Shown here in pieces: positions 36,085 through 46,877 of a stretch of 64,000 nucleotides of DNA. Origin of the DNA: Mobula hypostoma (Eukaryota). The first letter of the stretch is position 1, and every line of letters begins with the position of its first letter. The stretch spans positions 12,834,001-12,898,000 of the forward strand of contig NC_086109.1 in the NCBI RefSeq assembly GCF_963921235.1. Direction: 5' to 3'. The position numbers and the translations under genes are program-made. The notes under the pieces were generated by a model that had not been told where the DNA came from, searched no databases, and worked only from the letters and a program-made list of their open reading frames with translations.

Positions 36085-38760
36085 AGTGTGAAGGAGTGGA
36101 GCTTTGAGGCTTTGACTCGAGAGATTCTGGCAGTTTTGGCAGTTGGTCTGTGCAATCAAGATTTGAATAGATCAAGAGGAAGCCATTAATTAGACAATCA
36201 AGATTTGAATAAGCTCAGACTCAGCAGAAAGCAGCTGATTGGGCAGTCAAGGTCAGGTGACCAAACATTTTGAAAAGCTCAAACAGATAAGTAGAGGGAT
36301 AGCTCAAGCGAAGCGGCCAGTGGAAAGTGGCCAGAGTGTGAGTGGGCCAGTGAAGGAGTGGAGCTTTGAGGCTTCGACGAGAAGAGGCGGAGGACAAGCT
36401 AGCTCGCAGTTAGTTTTTACAACGTCTCCTGAGATGGTGATGTGCCTCTCATGTGAGATGTGGCAGTCTTGGGGGAACTCCCCTCTCCCGCAGAGTCACA
36501 TCTGACAGAAGTGCATACGGCTGGGCGATCTGGAAGACCGTGTAAGGAATCTGGAGCAGCAGTGGGATGACCTTCGACTCATAAGGGAGAATGAGGCAGT
36601 CATAGATGAGAGCAACAGGGAGGTAGTCACACCTAGGCTGTCGGAAGCAGGTTGTTGGGTGACAGTCAGAGGAGGGAAAGCGAAGGTGAGCAGACAGGTA
36701 GTGCAGAGCATCCCTATCGCCTTTCCCCTGAATAATAAGTTTACCATCCTGGATACTGTTGGCGGGGATGACCAACCAGGTGTGGGCCACGGTGGCAGGG
36801 CCTCTGGCACTGAGTCTGACCCTGTGGTGCAGAAGGGTGGGACGGAGAAGTGGAGAGCTGTCGTCATTGGAGACTCTATAGTCAGGGGAGCAGACAGGAG
36901 CTTTTGTGGACGTGAGAAGGACACCCGCATGGTTTATTGCCTCCCGGGTGCCAGGGTCCGCCATGTCTCTGACCGGGTGCATGACATCCTGGTACGAGAG
37001 GGAAAGCAGCCAGAAATCGTGAGACATGTTGGGACCAACGACATGGGCAGGAAGAGGGATGAGGTCCTGAAGTGTGAGTTTCGGGAATCAGGCAGAAGGC
37101 TGAAGAACAGGACCTCATGGGTGACGTTCTCAGGATTGCTGCCAGTGCTACTTGACAGAGATGGTAAGAATTGGAGGAGATGGCAGTTGAATGCGTGGCT
37201 GAGGAGTTGGTGCAGGGAGCAGGGTTTTAGATTTTTAGATCATTGGGATCTCTTCTGGGGAAGGTGGGACCTGTACAGATTGGATGGGTTGCACCTGAAC
37301 TCGAGAGGGAGCAATATCCTTGCAGGTAGGTTTGCTAGCATGGTTCGGGAGGGTTTAAACTAATTTGTGAAGGGGATGGGACCCAGAGCGATAGAGCAGT
37401 GAAAGAAGTGCATGGAGTAAAGCCAGATCTAACATACAGAGAGGCTTTGAGGAAAGAGAAGCAGAATAAACGGTGTAAAGACAGTAAGGGAGAAGGGCTG
37501 AAATGTGTGTACTTCAATGCAAGAAGCATCAGGAACAAAGATGATGAACTGAGAGCTTGGATACATACATGGAATTATGATATAGTGGCCATTACAGAGA
37601 CTTGGCTGGCACCAGGGCAGGAATGGATTCTCAATATTCCTGGATTTCAGTGCTTTAAAAGGGATAGAGAGGGAGGAAAAAGTGGAGGAGGGGTGGCATT
37701 ACTGGTCACGGATACTATTACAGCTACAGAAAGGGTGGGTAATGTAGCAGGATCCTCTTTTGAGTCAATATGGGTGAATGTCAGGAACAGGAAGGGAGCA
37801 GTTACTTTACTGGGGGTATTCTATAGGCCCCCTGGTAGCAGCAGAGATACAGAGGAGCAGATTGGGAGGCAGATTTTGGAAAGGTGCAAAAATAACAGGG
37901 TTGTTATCATGGGTGACTTTAACTTCCCTAATATTGATTGGCACCTGATTAGTTCCAAGGGTTTAGATGGGGCAGAATTTGTTAAGTGTCCAGGATGGAT
38001 TCCTGTCACAGTATGTAGACAGGCCGACCAGGGGGAATGCCATACTAGATCTAGTACTAGGTAATGAACTGGGTCAGGTCACAGATCTCTCAGTGGGTGA
38101 GCATCTGGGGGACAGTGACCACCGCTCCCTGGCCTTTATAATTATCATGGAAAAGGATAGAATCAAAGAGGACAGGAAAATTTTTAATTGGGGAAAGGCA
38201 AATTATGAGGCTATGAGGCTATAAGGCTAGAACTTGCAGGTGTGAATTGGGATGATGTTTTTGCAGGGAAATGTACTATGGCCATGTGGTCGATGTTTAG
38301 AGATCTCTTGTGGGATGTTAGAGATAAATTTGTCCCGGTGAGGAAGATAAAGAATGGTAGGGTGAAGGAACCATGGGTGACAAGTGAGGTGGAAAATCTA
38401 GTCAGGAGGAAGAAGGCAGCATACATGAGGTTTAGGAAGCAAGGATCAGATGGGTCTATTGTGGAATATAGGGAAGCAAGAAAGGAGCTTAAGACGGGGC
38501 TGAGAAGAGCAAGAAGGGGGCATGAGAAGGCCTTGGCGAGTAGGGTAAAGGAAAACCCCAAGGCATTCTTCAATTATGTGAAGAAAAAAAGGATGACAGG
38601 AGTGAAGGTAGGACCGATTAGAGATAAAGGTGGGAAGATGTGCCTGGAGGCTGCGGAAGTGAGCGAGGTCCTCAATGAATACTTCTCTTCGGTATTCACC
38701 AATGAGAGGGAACTTGATGATGGTGAGGACAATATAAGTGAGGTTGATGTTCTGGAGCAT
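36085..38760 (+). mobile_element. CR1-clade LINE 5' half: ORF1 (Zn finger, zipper, SGNH esterase) and ORF2 APE endonuclease
   Basis: ORF1 36434-37363 has CLSC...HI*QKC, VVIGDSIVRG and HVGTND motifs, with one TGA at 36503-36505. ORF2 has CVYFNARSI, ITETWL, IMGDFNFP and SDH motifs. It is truncated at ~38760. Confidence 0.92.
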
Positions 38761-38968
38761 GCTGACCCTCTCCTCATTGCTATCATCAAGAAGATGTTAC
38801 AAAAGCCTGAAAACAAACACTCAATGTTTCAGAAACAGTTTCAATCCTTCCACCAGCAGACTTCTAAACGGACAGTGCATTCATGAACATCCCCTCACTA
38901 TTTTTCCTGTCTTTTTGCATTGCTTATATACAGTATAGTAATTTATGTTTTTTATTATGTATATCAAT

Positions 38969-41322
38969 CATTATGAGAAAAGCTTATATCATGGTGTAAA
39001 ACAAACAATCAGATAATCACCAACATTTGGTTTAAACAACATCCAAGAAGGAAATGGACACGGAGAAGCCCAGATGGGAACAACAAAAATCAAATCGACT
39101 ACATAACAATCAATAACAGATTCAAAAACTCTATAACTCAATCTAAAAGCTACCCTGGAGCAGAGTGTGGAAGCGACCACATACTGGTCATTTGCAAAAT
39201 GAAAATAAAGATGAGAAAATTAAAGAAACCAAAAAGATCAGAACCACTGGATTATCAACAAGCACAAATCAACCCTAATGTGAAAACAGAATACACAATC
39301 AAGGTGAAAAACCATTTTCAATTGCTGCAGGATGAAGGAGGCATATCTTCCTGCGACATACTGAAGGAATCCATGGATTAGCTGCAAAAGAAACCATCCC
39401 ATGAAAAGAACGGAAAAGTAAGCAGAAATGGATAACTGAAGATATAATACAATTGATGCAACGAAAACAGACTATCAAACTAAGAGATAGCAAAGAATAC
39501 AAACAACTTGATAAGACAATAAAAAGAAAATGCAGAGAAGCTTAAGACAGATGGCTAAATGAGAAATGCTCAGAGATAGAAATGCTACAAACCCATAACC
39601 CTGGAACAAAGTTGATGCACAGTAAGATTAAAGAACTAATGAAGAAATTACCTTGCTCAGCAAGTGGATGCATCAAGGCAAAAGATGGCAGCTTAATTAT
39701 GAACAAAGAGGAAATCCTAAACAGATGGACAGAATATATATATATATAAGAACTTTTTGAAGACCAAAGAGGAGAAAAACAGAACATAAAGAAGAATCTT
39801 GAAGGACCTAGCATTCTAAAATCAGAAATTCGAGCAGCCGTAAATAAAACAAAACATAATAGAGCAACTGGTCCAGACAACATCGCTGTTGAAATGATAC
39901 TGGCCTTAGAAGATTTTGGAATAGAAAAAATAACAGTAATAGCAAATGAAATCTATGATCATGGGGAGATACCTGATGATTTAAGTAAATCAGTGTTCAT
40001 CACACTTCCAAAGAAAGAGGGAGCAACAGAATGTGAGTTACATCATACAATAAGCCTGATGAGCCATGTGGCAAAAATTATTCTCAGAGTAATCACCATG
40101 AGAGCAAGATGCTGTTTAAAACCAGAAATCAGTAAAGAACAAAGCGGCTTTGTGGAAAACACTGGAACCAGAAATGCAAATTTCATGCTACGGATGATCT
40201 GTGAACAGGCCATCCAGGTACAAAAAGACATTTAGCTACGTTTCATTGACTATACAAAAGCTTTTGACACTGTCAGACAGCAAGATCTTCTGGAAATGCT
40301 TCAAGATCTTGACACAGATGGGAAAGATATATGTTTCTTAAGAAACTTATACTGGGACCAGACAGCATCCATCAGAATAGAAGGAGAAGTGAGTGAGTAT
40401 GTGAATATCATGAGAGGAGTCAGGCAAGGTTGTGTCTTTTCACCAGACTTATTCAACCTGTATAGTGAAAATATCTTGAGAAGTATCAAAGACATCAAAG
40501 GATTCACAATTGGAGGCCGTAATATAAATAACATCAGATATGCTGATGACATCATACTAATAGCTGACTCAGAAACAAAACGTCAAGAACTACTCACTAT
40601 AGTGGCAGCAGAAAGTAATCGCAGAGGCCTCTCAATCAACACCAAGAAGACAGAAAGCATGGTCATCTCCAGAGAGACAAACATCCCACAAAGTGTGATC
40701 AAGATCGGAATTATAAACATCAAACAAGTCAACAAATTCAAATATCTTGGCAGCCTAATGGTAAGTAATGGCAGGTGCGACACAGATATCAAATACAGAA
40801 TAGCAATGGTGAAAGAAGCTTTCTAAAAAATGAAGATCATATTAACAGACAGAAAGATGAGAATGCACACCAAAAACAGAATACTGCAGTGCTACATTTA
40901 TTCTATCCTGACTTATAGAAATGAATGCTGGACCATTTCTCCAGCAATGGAAAAGAGACTAGAAGCAGCTGAATTAAGGTTCTACAGGAGAATGTTAAAA
41001 ATATCGTGGACCACACACACATCAAATGAAGAAGTTCTCAGAAGAGCCCAAGCAGTTCCATCACTCGTAACAACAATGAGAGAAAGACAACTCAGATTCC
41101 TAGGACACATCATGCGGAAAGATGAACTAGAAAAACTCATACTCTCTGGAAAGATCGAGGGGAGTAAACCTAGAGGAAGACCTCGGCTTATGTACATCAA
41201 AAGCCTAGCCAGGTGGCTACACATCGAGGAAATGGAAGTCATCCAAAAAACGAAGGATAGATCTATATGGAAAACCATGGTCACCAAAGTCTGCATCGGA
41301 TATGGTACCTAGACAGACAGAC
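38969..41322 (+). mobile_element. 5'-truncated RTE-clade LINE (APE end plus RT), nested in a Rex1-type 3' tail
   Basis: SDHILV, HTISLMSH, GVRQGCVFSP, NIRYADD and GKIEGSKPRGRPR motifs, with an (AGAC)n tail. The 12-bp TSD is ATGTATATCAAT/ATGAATATCAAT (38957-38968, 41323-41334). Confidence 0.92.
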
Positions 41323-43636
41323 ATGAATATCAATATACCTCTGTTGCAAAACAGCTAATTTCACGACAGATATTAAACGTGATTCTGATTTTCTGCATTC
41401 AGCCCACATCTCTCGAAACCCTGACCTTCCATGTACCCATTCAAGTGCTTCTTAAATGGTGCTTCTGTACCTGCCTCATCACTTCTTCTGGAAGACTCCA
41501 CAACTCAAACCTCTACTGCCTTGCAGCTGTACCTACTCATGGGTAAGGCTTTGTGAGTATCCAGGTGTCCCAATGGCAGTCCTACATTGAATTGAATGCT
41601 GATTGGCTACTACTGTGAGGCCACTGGTGCCAAACTGTATTTGTCTCTGCTGTTCCTTTGGAACCATCAGCTGCATGGGGGGGCGGGGTGCATCTGTTAC
41701 ATGGGCAACAGCTTGCTCTCCACATTGTACGGACCGGCTTGCTTATCACGTAGACACCTGGGAAGCAATATCCATGGTTGACCCTGACCAGCCGAGGGCC
41801 TCTTATTATTTAGTTATTGTTTTTTTCCCCTCAGTTCAAGCTGGTAAAACTTGAGGTACGACCAGAGCCAAGCACATTCATTTCTCAATTGCCAGGACCT
41901 TTCGGATTATTCTAGTGGTATTTAGTAATGTGAGATTTACATAAATATTTGCTGTGTAGATCTAATTGTTTAATGCTATTGTGTGGTAAATTTGGGAGAT
42001 ACCAGTTGTAGATATTACTACTGGGCAATGTACCATCTATCCTGTTCCTGTTCCATAGTTCTTCAATTTTCTCCTTAAATTCAGTGTACTTTTATTTTTC
42101 ACTGGTCGATTTCTATACATTGTGTGTGTTTCAGGTGGCTATACCTGTAAAGTTGTTCTTACTTGTTTATTCGACAAGCTCACTCCTCATATTCTTGCAT
42201 TCCGAGGAATAAAGATCTAATCTGGTCAACCCATCCCTATAACTCAGTGCCCTCTAAACCGAACATCACCTTGATATATCATCTCTGCACTGTTTTTAGT
42301 TTAACCATGTCTTTCCTCTAGCAGGGTGACTAAAACTGTCCACAGTACTCCAAGTGAGACCTCAACAACAAATTGTACGATTGCAACATAAAACCCCTAT
42401 TCCTAAGACTGTAAAACATTCTTCAGGCATGAGTTTCCCTGGGGAAAATGATTGTGTGATTTCCTCTTTCTGTGCCCCTCATGATTTTATATCCCTCTAT
42501 AAGGTCAGTAGTCCTCTACAACGTCATAGAAGGAAATAATATTTCACCTGAAACTACAACTGGTGACAACTGGAGTCTGGGGCAGCCACAGACAGCACCG
42601 AGATTCTATCCTATTGAAAAATGTCACAACACATTGATCATTGTATGGTCCAACTCAATATCCAACAGTTTCCCCACTGTTAATTGACCTTCGGGCTGTT
42701 CATCCAATGATTGTAAATATGCTCAAGCTGAACAAATATTTGTTTTCATTTGAACACGAGAGCCTCCTCTGCATCCTCTCTAAAACTGCCACGTCCTTCA
42801 TATAATGAGATGTTTAGAGCTGAACACAATCCTCCAGTCTGGTATAACCAGGGTTTTTATAGAGTTGCTACAATACCTAATGGCTTTTAAACTCAATAAT
42901 CTCGATGGTGTTGCTGCCTATCGTTACATATCGTGGTTTATTGGTCAGGAAGCTAAGGATCAAATTGCAAAGAGAGATGCTGTCCCCCATACCTAGGAGT
43001 TTGGAGATGATTGTGCTTGGATTATTGTATTGAAAACAGAGCTTTATTCATAAGCAGTCTAACACAGGTGTATTTTACTGTCTGGATGCTCCAGAGAGGA
43101 GTATAGGGGAAGGAAGATGGCCTCCATCATAGACTAGTTTTTGCAGTAGTTGAACTTCCATGGGTTGAGATTGTCCAGGAGGCTAATGTTAATGTGTGTC
43201 ACAACCAGCCTCTCAAAGCACTTCAGAATAGTGAATGTCAGAGCTAACAAGCAAAAGTGGTTAAGGCAAATTACCTTTGGTATCAGGATGATAGTGCTCA
43301 TCTTGTAGTAGAAGGGAACCTCAGACAGAGGCAGGACGAAGTTTAAAAAATGTCTGCCAAATCCCTCACCAATTGATCCGCATAGGATCTGAGAACTTGG
43401 CCAGGTCCACCATCCAGTCCAGATGCTTTCCGTGGGTTGAGTCTCCAGACTGAATTGATATCTGTAACAGTGACTGTGGGATCAGGAGCACTGGAGGCCT
43501 ACGGGGCAAGTGATGACATTCCAAACCCTTTCTGCTTAAACCATGCTTAGAATGCATAAGGTTCATTGAGAAGGGATGTAGTGTGATCAAACATATACTG
43601 CTTCATTTTGTAGCCAATTATAGCATTTAATCATGA

Positions 43637-46600
43637 TGTCATGGTTTCGGCCATCCCTTCCGTTTATTCCTCATGTTCTCCTAATTCCTTTTTCCGCCTG
43701 CCTTCCCCTTCATCCTCCTGCCTGCCGTTCTCCTCCAGCCACGCTCACACCCTCATCGGCATCCCTGCTCTGCCTTGTTGCACTGCCAGCCTACACTCTC
43801 CGCTGGCTCAGTGGTTAAACGGGGCGCTCTCACCGCAGCAACCCTGGTTCGTCTCCCGGTTGAGCCTCGCTCTCTCCTCTGCTTTCCTCAGCCTAATCCT
43901 CACTCCCCGGCCTTCCCTGCAACCATTAATAAACACTCTTCAGATTACACTCCCTCTGTGTGAGTGTCCTGCGTTTGGGTTCACCCGTTCGACGTAACAG
44001 AACAATGTGGCCAACATGGACCCAGTGGACGCAAACACCATCCTACAAGCCATCGCCAGCCAGGGTTCCCTATTGGGACAGCACGACCAACTCCTCCAGA
44101 AGGTCATGGAGAACCTCGGTTCTCTGTCTGTTAACGTCACACAGATCGGGAACCAGGTGGACCGTATCTCCACTCATATTACCCAACACATACCTGGAAC
44201 CTCACCCAGAGAGCCTCACGTACAAGAGCTGCAGCACAATGCCGGAGACCTGGGGAAGTGCCGGGGTTTCCGCCTTCAATGCTCCCTGGTGTTTCAGCAG
44301 CAGCCGCCGACCTACTCCACAGGTAAGCCTAAAGTTGCTTATGTCATTGGGTTGCTACGGGGAAACACATAAGCATAGGCCACAGCAGTTTGGGACAACC
44401 AACTTCTGCTCCTCTTTCACCAGTTTCATTGCAGAGATTAGAAAGGTCTTCGATCACCCAGTTTCGGGTAAAGATGCCACTAAGCGCCTACTCACTCTCC
44501 ACCAGGACTCCCGCAGTATTGCTGAATACTCAGTGGAGTTCCGGACATTAGCAGCTGACTCGGGGTGGAACGACGAGTCGCTCCAGGGGGTATTTGTGAC
44601 CTGGTGAAGGACGAGTTGGCGCCGAGAGACGATTCTCACAGCCTGGATTCCCTGATCTCCCTGGTCACCAGGTTGGACAATCGCCTCCGGGAGCGCCGTA
44701 GAGAGAGAACTGGTTGTCCACCACCTTTGGACACTTCTCAGCTCTCTTTACCGCCTTTCGCCAGAACAAGCGTCTCTCCCCCTCCTGCACCCCAAGTAGC
44801 TCCCAGCCCTGCCGCTTCCACCACCCCGGGAGAGGAACCCACGCAGCTGGGGCAGGCACACCTTTCTCCTGCTGAACGTATCCGGAGAATGAGAGAATGA
44901 GAGCGGGCGGTCAGTCCGGCCACTTCCTTGCCTCCTGTCCACTTCGGCCCAAGGGGAGGGCTCACCAGTAGTGGTGGGGGGGGGGACCCTGGTGAGCCGC
45001 ACAACCTTCCCTGTAGTCCCCCGACCCCGGATGCAGCTTCAAGCCACTGTGTGTCATAATCAACAGTCCTTGACTCTGCTAGCGCTAGTGGACTCCGGCC
45101 AGAGGGAAACTTCCTGGATGAAAACTAGCCCTCCAAGCCGGTATTCCTCATGAGCCTCTGTGTACGGTGCTGGACGCCAATGCGCTAGACAGTAGACTCC
45201 TGGCCCGAGTCACGCACTACACGGAACCCCTGCTTCTCCTTCTCTCCGGAAACCATCGGGAACAGATACGGTTCAATCTAATCCCCTCTCAAGCCCTTTG
45301 CGTTCTCGGCCACCCATGGCTAAGCCGTCATAACCCCCACGTCGACTGGCCCATTGGGAAGATAGTCAGCTGGAGCCCGTTCTGCCATTCCTCTTGCCTG
45401 CAATCAGCCCTTCCCCCAGTGGAGGTCAATGCTACCTCGTCCGCCTCCGAGCCCCGACTTGTCCACCGTTCCCGTAGAATATCATGATCGTAGAGAGGTG
45501 TTTGGTAAGCAACGGGCCCTTTCTCTGCCACCACATCACCCTTACGACTGCACGACTGACCTTCTCCCCGGAGCCTCATTACCTACCAGTCCGCTGTCTA
45601 GCCTGTCCCGTCCAAAAAGCATGCAAGCAAGGTCCAAAAATAAAGCACAAGGTGGTGAGAAAGGATCTGTGGGTAATTTTGAAACAACTCAGTCATGTTC
45701 TAAGGATAAAGTGCCAGATCTGCTTTGTAATGAGAAATTAGAAGAAAAAGAGATCAAGTCGCCAGCTGCTTTATCCAAGACTAAAACAGATCATGAAGAT
45801 GAACAAAGCAGAGACAAGAGTAATAAGCTGAAAAATGTGGCAGAATATGTGGAGGAGGTGGAGATGATCAAAAGTAATAAAATGCAAGAGAATCATAAAA
45901 TGGAGTATGATCAGTCGGGATCTTAAGCTAACTTGCATACAGATATCAAAGATGAAGAAATTGTAGAAGGGAAAAAAGATATTGTATATTTCAAGTTTAA
46001 GGAATGGCATTTAGGAGAAAATGAAACAAATAGTACAAAAGAAAGATCTGAAAATACATTCTCAGAGTCTAGTGAAAAATTTGAAATTAATGAAGGAACT
46101 GATATAGAAAATTCCCAGTTGCATTTAAAAGAAAGCAGACTGGATACTAAGGAAATTGCACATGTTTCTCCAGGAAACATGGTGCAAATTGAAAAGTTGT
46201 TAAGATCTGAAGACAAATGAGAGGAGAGATCTGCTGCAGTGGATGAACCTGTTGAAGCCAAACCAGTTCAAATACAAGAGGAGGAAAGTCGAACACAATC
46301 GTAAGAAAAGACCACAAAGGTTGAAGGTAAAGCAAGAAACCTGACCACTGGTGTAAGTAGCCAGAGTAAACCAACCACTCGTGCAGCGTAGAAAGTAGCT
46401 GTCCTGATCACTTGTCTGTAACTGAGCAAGAAAAGCATTCACTGACTTCTACAAAAGAGAAACCAACAACTGAACTAAAGTCAGGAAAATCTCCAGCACC
46501 AGTATCAGTTACAAGATCAAGAAATCAACCATCTCCTGTGATTAAACAAGGCCGTAAAAAGAGAAGCAAGTCCAGAACGCAAAAGATGACAACATAAAAC

Positions 46601-46877
46601 TCAAGCTACCTAGATCCATGCACATACGTCCCACGGTCCACGTCTCCCAATTGAACCTGTATCTGTCAGCCCTTTGTGCCCACCTGCTGAACCCCCTCCA
46701 CCCGTCTGGGTCATCAACAATACCGGCAAGCCTGCTGGTTCGCCTGGAGGCTCCTTTTGAGGAAGGGGGTTACTGTCACGGTCCCAGCCGTCCCTTCCTT
46801 TTAATCCTCATGTTCTCCTAATTTTCTTTTCCCTGTGTTTCTCCTGCTACCCTGTCTGTCTCCCTCTCTCTGTTTGT
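43637..46877 (+). mobile_element. Gypsy element A (sushi/PEG10-like), internally deleted and carrying a foreign insert
   Basis: 5' LTR 43637-43999 (TGTCA...GTAACA), gag from ATG 44016 to TAG 44969-44971, protease LALVDSG and RT start. Then the integrase C-terminal piece ([17 protein letters not shown]), a PPT and a 3' LTR from 46774 that is truncated at 46877. Confidence 0.92.
45615..46597 (+). other. About 1-kb non-Gypsy, Glu/Lys/Ser-rich decayed coding sequence inside Gypsy A (candidate captured host gene fragment)
   Basis: A-rich and mostly one frame (ORFs 45429-45926 and 45933-46220 are in the same frame, with a shift near 46400). It ends in ...KSPAPVSVTRSRNQPSPVIKQGRKKRSKSRT. Both flanks are recognisable pol sequence. 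Confidence 0.7.
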
